The position numbers and the translations under genes are program-made. 64,000 nt of DNA from the human T2T-CHM13v2.0 reference genome, Homo sapiens, in NCBI RefSeq assembly GCF_009914755.1, contig NC_060932.1; one strand, written 5' to 3'. The notes below the pieces were generated by a model. That model worked only from the letters and a program-made list of their open reading frames with translations, was not told the DNA's origin and searched no databases. Each line of letters opens with the position of its first letter. Within the stretch, counting starts at the first letter, position 1. Of this stretch, positions 38,807 through 54,835 are shown piece by piece.

Positions 38807-40472
38807 GATATAGACACAGCTGTGATATGGGTATAGATGTAGAAATATAGAGATATGGGTATGGGTATAGATATTGATATGACTGTAGATGTAGATGTAG
38901 GTGTATATGTAGACACAGATAAGGATACAGACATATAATTGGCACGCGTACCTGGGATAACACAGATAAAGATGCTTCCTCTCTCTTCTCCTAGACCGGG
39001 AGCTCACTGGCAGCAAAGACCCCACATTGCTTCCTGTGTCCATCCCAGTGACACAGCTGCACCTAGGCACACAGCGGATGTCCTTGAGCACCTGTCAGGA
39101 AGGCTGACACAGCCTAACCCGCTTGCTCACTCCTCCGACCTCCCACGTGAATGGTACCCCACCAGCCACTATGGTGATGAACAACCCGAGGTCGGTGTCT
39201 GGCTGGAAGTTCCCTGGCCCTCAAAAATTATTTTATGTATGGAACATATGGTTTAATGTTTAAATTCTTTAAACTTGCCCGACATAATTGAGCTCACCGA
39301 TTAGCCCACAGCTAAGGAGTCCTTGCCATTATATCTATGTCCTTCTCTTTATCTTGTTTCCAGCAGCCCCACCCTGCCCTGGCCTGAGCCCCCCACATCC
39401 CCCTTGCTGCAAAAATGAATCATTCCCCCTACCTTCCCCAGCTCTGCCCCAATTCCAGGTCAGGCTTTTGGCTTTTGTGCTCCAGAAATCATCTACGGGT
39501 TTTCCACATAATGCCCATGACAATTTAGCGTCTCTTACCAACATCAGCATCAAGAAGCTACATAAAATGCGTGGATGTTAAATCGACAGTGAGAGCTCCT
39601 GGATAGCTCCGTGCCCCAGATTCGCTAATCAGCCTGCAAACCATTTGCACGCAGGCTTTCGTTTACAACAAGAGCTTACATTTTAGCATGAGGCAGAAAG
39701 ACAAGAAACTCTCACAGATCTCATCTATTCTTCTTTTCAATTACTTTGTAATTCTACACTTCCATTAAGAAGTTAATTACTTCAACGTTAACCTTCCATC
39801 TATCTTTTTAACATAAAACAAAGATTGGATAAAAATACAAGGACTTACTAAAATGGCAAACGCTTATAGAACACTTACGAGGTGGCAGGCGGGGTTTTCA
39901 GGGCCCCGCTCATTGAGTATATTAACCGGGATTCCCGTGAGGGCTGTGAGACAAACACGGGCAGTGCTCAAAACGCTTCACAGCCAGTTCAGCTCCACGT
40001 TGATTGCTGAGTCGTGGAAACGTGCAAGGGGTCCCGGAGAGTCAACTGTTTACCAACTGGCTTGGGAGTATCCAAATGTGTAACAACGGAACGCTGATGT
40101 GCCGGGGTATGTGGCCTGAATCCCACCAGCCTCTGTGGCAGGAACAGCATCAGCCCATTTTATAGAGAAGGAAACTGAGGCCCAGAGACAGGAAGCGACA
40201 TTCCCAGGGCTCACAGACAGCATGGGTGCAGATGGACCGTGCAGTCTGGTTTCCACAGCTGAGCCAGTGGCCTCTGCACTAACTGTCTCAATTCTGGGAC
40301 TGGAAATGGACTGTGTGTGTACGTTACAATATTGTTTTAACAACCAGATACATTTTCTGACTTCCTATGAAAGCTTTCAAATGCACAGAAAAAGTGAAAA
40401 AGAAATAAGATGAATACTCATGTACCAAACAACCAGATCGACGATTCTTATTGTTCAGTCATATTTACTTCA

Positions 40473-40971
<499 letters not shown>

Positions 40972-41410
40972 TCAAAAAAAAAGAAAGTCAGCAATAAGTC
41001 ACTAAGACTACCGAATGCTCAGTCCATATTGAAATGTCCCCAGTTGTCCCTGAGGATGCGTCTGACCACTGCCTGTTGGAAAAGCCCCCAATCACGGCTC
41101 ACATGGTGAGTGCAGTTGTCACATGTCTTTGGCTGTTTTAATCTAGACTCAACTCCCTGACACACACACACTCCCCAACCCGCTCCCAGCACACTGATCT
41201 GTTATGGAGACCTGGCCAATTGTCCACATTCTAGATTTGTCCGGTTCCCTATGGCTTCGTTTAACTGGTTCCTCTGTGGCCTGGATTTTCTGCCACATGG
41301 AATTTCAGCCTTGATTGGCCAGAAAGCTTCACAGGGAATACCTCGACTCACAGCATCATGCCCGGAGCCAGGTCCCCTCAGGCTGACCACACACATTTTA
41401 ATGATAGTCA

Positions 41411-42417
<1,007 letters not shown>

Positions 42418-42418
<1 letters not shown>

Positions 42419-42629
42419 ACACACACACACACAGAGATACACACAGACACAGACACAGACACACAGAGACATACACAGACACACACACACAGACACACAC
42501 ACAGACACACAGAGACATACACAGACACACACAGACACACACACAGACACACAGAGACACACACAGACACACACACACAGATACACATACAGACACACAC
42601 GAACACACATACAGACACACACAGACACA
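42418..42629. repeat. Compound (CA)n/(CAGA) microsatellite replacing an Alu tail
   Basis: Direct reading. Confidence 0.9.
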
Positions 42630-43953
42630 AAACAAACCTGCTGAGACTGAGGTTTGGATGCCCCTTAAGTTCAGGGGTAGTGATGACAGTGGAGTCGTGT
42701 CAGGGAAAGCAAATTTAAATTCCCCAAAGTGCTTGTTCTGGTCATAGAGCTTTGTCCATTTCCTAAAAGAAAGCCTGTCTTGAGGTGTGGGCCGGTAACC
42801 TGGCTCCGGGCTTGTCCCTTTTGTGGGGAAGTATTTAACAGTCAGCGGCCAGCCTGTCTTGTCAGACAAAGATCCATGTTTTGTACTTAACCTTGACACC
42901 CCAAATTCTTGACACCCCAACCTCTGGCAATCAGTCCATTGAGAAACCCTGTGGACAAAACAGAGGAGGAGGGTGGGCAGCAGGTGAGAAGATGTCATCG
43001 GCCTACCTGGTTATCTTTTTCACTCTTAATAGAATCTTTCCAAATATCATTTTCTTCTTATTATTTGCTTTTTATTATGAAAATTTCCAAACATATAGAC
43101 ATGTTGAGATGACAATAATTAAGGAACAGAAACATGCTGTTATCTTTAACGGCTGCTAACGTTTTGCCTTCTTTGCTTCATCTAGCTTTCTTTCTTGCTG
43201 ATGTATTTTAAAGTAAATTGGGGACATGACGACATTTCATCCCTAAAAGCATCTCTACACATCTCTAAAAAATAAGAACCTTTTCCTGTAGAACCACAAT
43301 GCCACTAACCATCCCACAAAATTAAGGATCTAACATCATCTAATGCTGGCTATATCCATAATTTCCCAATTACTTGAAAAATGTATTTTCCAACTGGTTA
43401 GTTGACATCTGGATTGAATTCAGGACTACACATTTGGTTTTCTGTCTTAAGTCTCATTCAATGGAATAGTCCTGTCACTTTTTTTTATTCTTTCATAGCA
43501 TTGAATTGTTGAGAAGACAATGCCTGAAGTCTGAATTCGTCTGTTTCCTTGTGGTGTCATTTAACTTGTTTCCTATTCCCTGTATTTCCTGCTGACTGGC
43601 AGGTTGATCAAGAGTTCTATGTATTTAAGTTAAATATTTACTCGAGAGTCTCTCACAGGTGGTCCTGTGTGCTTCCTACTGGACAGCCTCAGAAGGCATG
43701 TGGCTCACATCCCACTATGATGACGCAAAGATCTTCCTCTGAGTTAGATGGTGGCAGCCTCATCTCCTCATCAGCAAGGTACATTCTCCCCTTTCTGATA
43801 ATTACATAAGTTGGGAGGTTGGTACGTGGCAAGGTGTGCAGCTCCTCACTGTCTTTCTGCCTAATGGTTTCAGGAATCTGTTACTGATTCTTGCCCACCT
43901 CATTATTTTTATTAGGAGTTCACAGATGGTAATTTTGAAATTTTGTCATTCCT

Positions 43954-44596
<643 letters not shown>

Positions 44597-44603
44597 TCAT
44601 TAC

Positions 44604-45045
44604 TGTACAGTCCTAATCAAGGAGGGGGATTCAGGTTGGTGGGACCAAAGGAAAGCAAAAGGATAAGCTGTGAGTCTGCCTTTCTTCATTGTCCAAGACA
44701 CACAGGCCCCCTGCACAAATAACTCAGTCTTCCTGTGCCCAGCAATCACCAGACCTTCGCTGATACAAAAATTGCAAGTTAGCTCCCTGCAACCTTGGCG
44801 TTACTAGCACTGCACATAGCCCTCTCCAGCACACACCACGAGCACGATCCTATCAAATCCCCTGCAAGTGTGTGTTTCCTGGCAGTCAGCTCCTCTCCTG
44901 CTGGCCTGCCCGTTGCTCCCTTGCAATGTACTTTCATACTTTTTCTAATAAATCTGCCTTTCTTTACCAACAACTGTCTTGGTAAATTCTTCTTAACCCC
45001 TGCATCACACCATGGGCTTTAGATGATCGCCAGGCACCCACAACA
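44604..45045 (+). mobile_element. Complete solo LTR (ERVL-class, LTR47-like)
   Basis: TG...CA ends, AATAAA near 44947, perfect 5-bp TSD ATTAC (44599-44603 and 45046-45050). Confidence 0.8.
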
Positions 45046-46869
45046 ATTACTTTCCAGTCTTATGTAAAAATGAGGTTTCCCTCTCCACTGGGTCTCTTTA
45101 TTTGTCTTTGACTATCTTTATTTGTTTTGAATATCTTTATTTGGTCTCAACATGTCTATCAGCCTGATTCTCTTTTGTAGTGAGGACGTTCTTATAAGCA
45201 TTCCCAGGAAATAACGGATATTTTCAGAACTTGAGATCTTTCTGAGAGTATAGCAGTGATATACTTCTTCTCCAAAACACTTCAGCATCTAAAGCTGCTG
45301 TCGAACACACATTTTTCATCCTCAGACAACTACTCATAGGAAAGCACCCAAGAGGGAACTTGGTGGAAGGCTGGGTGAAAGTGGAGAGCAGGGACTATGG
45401 GCAAGCCGTCTGGAGACATCCCAACACCATGCCTGCTCTGAGGATGCAATGAGCTGGGGAAGGCTTGGTGGCTCAGTGGATAGTTCACAGCGCATGTCTG
45501 GGTTCAGCTGCTCACCTGGTGCCCTGGGGTCAAACAGGCCATCTCTGCCTGCCCAGAAGCAGGCCGGAAGTTCTTTCTTCAAAAGAGATCAGCCACTGAA
45601 GGAGAAGGAGCCTTGCTGCAAAGCTCCAGAACCCCTTCCGTGACAGTGCTGCTGGTCTTGTGATATCCTCTTCCCTACAGACCTCCGAGCCAATGAGATC
45701 TGCTGGGGCTGCCAGATCTGCTGGCTTCTAAGGGCCACTTCAGGTTGAGTCTATCAAGACCTTCGTCATTCCATGAAATCAAGACGTTCGTCATTCCATG
45801 AACTTCTCCCTTTCCCAGCAAGTGAAAAAGAAGTGACCCTTCTGGGAAAGGGAGAAGTTGGTGAAATGACACGGGTCTTGATAGACACAACCTGACATAG
45901 ACTAACAGATGGGTTAGTCTAACTAACAGAGAGGTTAGTCTATGTCATGCATTAAACTTTCCTTTACTCTGGGTCCAAACCTTACAAAGTCCTCCATGGA
46001 GTCAGAGATTGGATCCCCACCCGACTCCCCTCGCTCTTCCCATCCTGTTTTCTCTCACTGGCATGGAGCTGTAGTCTCCAAGCCCCTCAGTGGCCCCACA
46101 CAGACCCCTCCCCACCTTTGTGGTCTGGCAAGAAGCCTCTGCCCACAAGATACAAGTGCCTCCCCCCGTTCTACCCCTTCAGAGACAGCTGGCTTGTGTT
46201 ACATGTTCTCTGAACACCGTGTCGCAGGTCCTGACATATCAGCTGCTCTTTACCTTGAAATGACTTAGATCACAACCGGTCTGCCCAGAGGGCTGGGGGT
46301 TGGACGCACCACAACCTGGCCCAGCCTCTCCTGCGGGGATGACCGACAATCCATCCAATCCATCGGGTGGCAGCCCCACTTCCTCAGCAGAGACAACATC
46401 CTGTTACACCCTCTCTTCATGCTGAGTGATTCTAACCTCCTCTGGAATGAACTCCATGCTTGCAGAGTCATCTTCAGAATGAGTCAGCTCCGCTTGTCCC
46501 AGGCAGGAGACTCACGAGTTGATGTGAAATGCGGATTCCCTATGAGACGGAGGACATTGCATGTCTCATCCCATCACGACCGTGTGGGTCTCGTTATTTC
46601 ATAAGAGAGGGGGAAAATGTGAATTGGAATTTTATTTCCTAAGTACTGTTCTTGGTTTCTGACCAGCTGATCCCAAGTTTCACATCCTTGTCTGTGAAGC
46701 TAAACTCAATGCTGCTGTGTGGGAAGAAGATTTGTAAAGAAAACTCTTAGGTAAGTTTTCATTGTTTGGTGTTTAACAAATACACCACTTCCCTGTGCTG
46801 CTTTCTGGATCTGCCTACTTTGTAACATTCTACCTGACATTTTAAATACACAAAATTTCACTAAATTTC

Positions 46870-47666
<797 letters not shown>

Positions 47667-47834
47667 TAAAGCTGCACTAAAGTCCTTTAGGTCACCCAAG
47701 TGCCATTTGATATCATTCCAAGAGATGAAGCTGGAGAGCAGGCCTATTTGGGGCAGCGGAAAGTCCACTTCGAGGCCAGCGTCCCTCTCTCTACAGTTTT
47801 AGTTTTTAAGCGGAGGTGTGTCCTCTTCCAGGAT

Positions 47835-48050
47835 ATACATTTTTCAAGCTCACCACCATTGATGTTGGGGCTGGGCCATTGCCGTGGGGCTGCCCTGGGC
47901 ATTGTCGGAAGCCTGGTAGCTTCTCCCCTCTGAAGGTCAGCAGCAGCAACCTGCTTCTCAACCAAGGTCATGACAACCCAAAAACGTCTCCAGACACTGC
48001 CAAATGTCCCCACGGGAGGGGGCGTAGAGGACAGTGTGCTATGGTGGCCC
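47835..48050. mobile_element. MER20-like DNA transposon
   Basis: tgacaacccaaaaacgtctccagacactgccaaatgtcccc. Confidence 0.75.
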
Positions 48051-48148
48051 CACAGTAGCTATCTTTGTTGCCCTAGAATCAACATGATCTTGTCAAGGCA
48101 CTTTTTTTGGTTTTGTTTCGTTTTTTGAGATGGAGTCTTGCTCTGTAG

Positions 48149-48307
<159 letters not shown>

Positions 48308-48986
48308 TAGCCTGGTCACGAACTCCTGACCTCAGGAGATCCACCCGCCTCGGCCTCCCAGAGTGCTGGGATTATAGGCACGAGCCACCATGCTTGGGCA
48401 CTTTTTAAAGGCTGGTTGTTATGGGCATTTTTAAAGGCTGGTTGTTATGCCAATGGCTTCGTCCAATGGGGATTTAAGGCTTCTTTGGGTACTGATAATT
48501 ACGGCTATTATCTCGGGGTTATCATTTTCAACAGGAAGAACCCTGCCAAATGTTGTTTGTCTGATCCTCAAATAGCAGAAGATTCAGGATCGTCTAGCTT
48601 TCATGTTGGAGGAGACTTTAGGGACCAATCTCATCCTTTTACACTTGTGGCTCAGAGAGGTTAAGCAACCCCTCCAAGGTCACACAGCCAGCAGAAGTAA
48701 CACCCAGCATAGAGATCACCAAGACAGCATCAGAGCCCTTTAGTACGATATCCCGAGTGTCCCGCATGCAAGCCATCGGCACTGTGTTTTGTGGCTCAAT
48801 ATTTTTCAGTTTTTAAGAAAGATACACTTTTTGGAAAAAGAAATGGACACAGTGAATGCCCGCATCAGCAGAAAGACAGTTTTCTATAATGAGTTCTTTT
48901 TCTCTTTATTTCTAAGGTTTAATTTTGCCACACTTGCTAAAGAAAACATTATACACGGCCCTTATTAAAGAACGGTAAGACAGACT

Positions 48987-49962
48987 TGTCAACACAAAGA
49001 GTCAAATTTGTAAATTAGTTGATGAGATTTATTCTGAGCCAAATATGAGGACTTTGATTGATGACACAGCCCCATGAGGTCCTAAGAACTGCTGCATAAG
49101 GTGGTTGGGTTCTAGCTGGATTTTATGCATTTTAGGGGGACAGAAGTTACAGGCAGAAAATAAGAAAAGGGCAAGACGATCCCCTGCCACCTCCATGACG
49201 TCATTTCAGTTCTCTTCTCCAAACACCTCACAGTATCGTATTTCAAAATTCGGCTTTGTCATTTAGCAGTGTGTGGAGGTGTACATGTTGCCAATCGATA
49301 CATGTAAGGTGTCCAGTGGTTTGGTCCAGAAAGGTGACACAACTCCATGGATGCAGGTGGAAGGTGTCCAGGTCACAGATGGATTCAACGATTTTCTGAT
49401 GGGCAATTAATTGAAAGAGTTAAGTTATTATTGTAGAGACCTGGAATGAATAGAAAGGATTGTCTGGGTTACGATAAAGGTTGTGGAGACCAAGGTTTTT
49501 TATCTTCAGAGCTCTTATTGGACCTAAAAGAGGTGCCAGACTCTTAGTTAAATCTCTCCTAGATCAGGGAAAAGACCTGGAAAGGGAAGGGGATTCTGGC
49601 AGGATGTGGATTTTCCCCTCAAGAGACAGCCGTGTGGGGCCCCTTCAAAATATGTCAAAGAAATATATTCTGGGGTAAAATGCTTGATTTCTTCCAGGGC
49701 CTGCTCTCTATCATGTGATGCTATACTAGAGTCAGGTTGGAATGTAGTATCTTATTGCTACAGAGTCTGTTTTGTCAACCTTAAGATCTCTGCTTTGACG
49801 TTAATGCAGGTCAGCTGTGCCTGGATTTCAACGGAAGGCGGGTATAAGGAGCCTGTCCCACCCCCACTTCCCATCACGGTCTGAACTAGTCTCTAAGGTT
49901 TACTTTGGAAAGCTCGTGGCTAACGGGGTTGGCGGGGGACTAGAATTTTATTTTTGTTTTAC
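48987..49962 (-). mobile_element. MER4-family LTR with a ~135-bp foreign insert
   Basis: tgtcaacacaaagagtcaaa...ttctgagccaaatatgag...gaattttatttttgttttaca. Confidence 0.8.
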
Positions 49963-51372
49963 AGTCTCAAAGGAATCGCGATAGGTGCAGGGGCCACTGC
50001 AGTGGGACTAGGCTCAACTCTGAGTGTAAGAAGAAAAACGGGAATGTACAGCCACGGAGAGGGTGAGAACGGACGGAAAACTATGAAGAGGCTACATCAG
50101 GCCAGGGGGGTTCTTGCTAGAACCACTTGGTAGGATTCGTGCCACAGGCAGGCCAGGTGATAAGATACCGAGGGTGAGGGATGAGGAGTATGATATCAGG
50201 GGCGGGGAACTGTCACTGCATTGACCCAGCAGGATTCTTTTGGACGAAAGGGGACAGGGGTCCAGGTCAGAGCCTTGAGGGCTTCGAGGACCCTGCCTGG
50301 AGTTAGGTCAGGTAGAGTCTTTGCCACATTGAGGCTGAGAAGCTGAGCAGCTGATCTGCGGGAGTCCAGAGACCCTCATGCTTCCTGCAGATGTGCTGTC
50401 AGCAGATCCTGAACTTGGGTTCCAGTGTTTTAAAGTGTTGTTTGCAAGCACCGCGGTCCTGCTCTCCCACTCACAGAACTACTATTGCTCACTGGTGAAG
50501 GACACTGGATTTAAAATCACAGACGTTCTTTTTCGCCTCTCGCTCATTATACATCCCTTTGAGGACACCGTCATTTTGCTGTTTAGGAGGAAGAAACAGG
50601 CAGAAGAGAACTCCTCCCATCCCTCCGCTAATGGCTTTTAAAACAGTCTTTTTTGTAATGGAACAACCAAACCTCACAATGAGCGTATATTGCTTGTGTG
50701 ACCAGAAAGTAAGACAGTCCCCTGACACCTCAATTAAGTCATTTTGGTTGTCTACTCCAGACACCTCATGGCATCGTACTTCAAAATTCAGCTTTGTCAT
50801 TTAGCAGTGTGTGGAGGTGCACACATTGCTAACCTCAGGCTCACTGAACACTGTTTTTTTTCTATGACGTGGATAATGGTGCCTGCGTCAGACACCTGTG
50901 ATGTTTGAAAGAACCAGTTTATCAAAGTGCTTAGCCTGACGCCTGACACGCTGTGCACCCAAGATAAATGTTTGTTGTGTCATTCGATCTGTCGAGGAAG
51001 GAGGTGAGACACTTGTGGGTGGCAGGGCGGGAGGGGAGTACACAGGCTGTAAACAGCAGTGCCCAAGCTGAGACGGAGCAAGCTGGGAATCCGCCCGGGT
51101 TTCATTCAGTCTTCCACACCCCGCATGGATACTGGTTATACCTGTGATCAGTTATGCCTGTGATGGTTTTTTAGAAAACAAAACTATTTTATCACTCTGC
51201 TTTAAAGATGGCCGAGTGGAAAGACACAGTCCTGGAATGTTTAAATTCAAGCTGAAGAGCTTACTAGCCACGTGACTGAGCAAGTTATGGTTCCATCTTT
51301 CTAAGCCTCACTTCATTCTTTGTTAAGACAGGCCTCAGCATGCTGTTAGTAGGAATCTAAGGAACCCAGTGC

Positions 51373-53131
<1,759 letters not shown>

Positions 53132-53616
53132 ATCATGAAGGCTGCTGGCAGTTCTCTGGCCTCCAGGGAGGCCTCCACACACATTTACCCATGTTCTTAG
53201 ACAATCCTAGGGACTCAAGGCTTCAACAAACCTAAATGAGCCAGCAGAAAAATAAACTTGAACATGAATGTCAACGTTTTCCCACATGTACTAAAGGGTT
53301 ATAATAATTTTGAAATGTTTATTTCAAAGAGCGTTGGTAATTTAAACGTCCTATTTAATCCCCAAAACAGTCCTGAGGGGGAGATAAGGCAGTTATCTTC
53401 ATAGTACAGGAAAGGAAAAAAGCGAGGGTCCAAGGCCGACTATACCCTCAGCTCCATTAGCCCCCGAGGCCTCCCTGACAGGCGGGGCGGACAATCCCAG
53501 TGCAGATGCTCTGTATCGATCGCATGCTATCGGTTCTTTCAAGGAACGTGTATTGATCATCAATTAAGTGGTGAGTACTCCTCTAGATGTCGATTCTAAA
53601 GAGGGAACAAAACACA

Positions 53617-53694
53617 TTAGAGAGAAGAAACATAAGTAACTCGAATAACAACCTTAGAGAGAAGAAACATAAGTAACTCGAATAACAACCTTAG
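53617..53694. repeat. Perfect 37-bp tandem duplication
   Basis: ttagagagaagaaacataagtaactcgaataacaacc starts at 53617 and 53654, followed by ttag. Confidence 0.95.
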
Positions 53695-54060
53695 CAAACT
53701 GCGGAAACTCCTACAGACAAAAACTCAGGTGTGGGCGCAGAAGGGCCGGGGATGCGCTCGGTCAAGACTTGAAGGCCCGGGGCTTGGGCCCTGTGTCCTC
53801 ACCGAGCCCCGGGGAGGCTCCGGCTCCGTCCACACCCGGAGCGCGACTCAGCCGCGGCCGGGGCTCTTCTGGAGAACGGCGCGGTCAGGCTCTGCCGCAG
53901 CTTTCAGGTCCCCTCGGCCCCGTCCGGGTGCAGCGCAACCAGGCTGCCCGCGGAGCCCCACCGCCCCCATGCCGCCGCCCGCCATGGTTCAGCCCGGCCC
54001 CGCCCCTCCCGCCGGCCGTGGTTCAGCGCGTCCGCCCCGCCGCCCCCCAGCGCCCGCCGC

Positions 54061-54300
54061 GCCGCGCCCCGCCCCCCGCCGCCCCCCGCCCCCCGCCGCG
54101 CCCCGCCCCCCGCCGCGCCCCGCCCCCCGCCGCCCCCCGCCCCCCGCCGCGCCCCGCCCCCCGCCGCGCCCCGCCCCCCGCCGCGCCCCGCCCCCCGCCG
54201 CGCCCCGCCCCCCGCCGCGCCCCGCCCCCCGCCGCGCCCCGCCCCCCGCCGCGCCCCGCCCCCCGCCGCGCCCCGCCCCCCGCCGCGCCCCGCCCCGCCC
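54061..54300. repeat. 100% GC VNTR, 17-bp unit GCCGCGCCCCGCCCCCC, ~14 copies
   Basis: 17-bp period read directly from 54061; variant unit GCCGCCCCCCGCCCCCC at copies 2 and 5; degenerate flanks 54033-54372. Confidence 0.93.
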
Positions 54301-54469
54301 CCCGCCCCGCGCCCCGCCCCCCGCCGCGCCCCTCCCGCGCCCGCCGCCCCGCCCCTCCCGCGCCCGCCGCCGTCGTAGCGCCTAGGCGGGGCCTCTCGTA
54401 GCGACGCCCCCAGGGGGGCAGAACGCGTGCGCACGCGCGTGCGAACGCGCGTGCGCGGGCGGTGTTTGA

Positions 54470-54574
54470 GGCCGGCCAGTCGTGACTGGGCGGCAATGAG
54501 GTCAGTGACTGCCGGGAGTCCTGCAGGGGCGGGGCGGCGCCAAGCGCAGGGAGCCCGGCTGAGTGGCAGCCCAG
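54470..54574 (+). other. CLN8: CLN8 non-coding exon 1 (start approximate)
   Basis: Inside the CpG island, downstream of GC boxes and NRF1-like motifs; first strong donor is CCCAG|GTGAGC at 54574/54575. The TSS cannot be determined from sequence. Confidence 0.7.
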
Positions 54575-54835
54575 GTGAGCGCTCAGGGAGCCCGGGTGAG
54601 GGCCGGGAACCCAGGTGAGGGGCAGCCCAGGTGAGCGCGCGGGGTGCCCGGGTTAGGGGCCGGGAACCCAGGTGAGGGGCAGCCCAGGTGAGCGCGCGTG
54701 GAGCCCAGGCGAGGGGGCTGGGAAGCCCGGGTGAGGGGACCGGGGATCCCAGGTGAGGGGCCGGGAACTCAGCTGAGGGGGAACCCAGATGGGCGCGCGG
54801 GAGCCCACGTGAGGGGGAGCCCGGGTGAGGGGCCG
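54566..54835 (+). repeat. Degenerate 16-22 bp tandem repeat with core CCC(A/G)GGTGAG
   Basis: Recurrent gagcccaggtgagggg-type units; 41-bp exact duplication at 54601-54641 and 54658-54698 (period 57). Confidence 0.85.
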
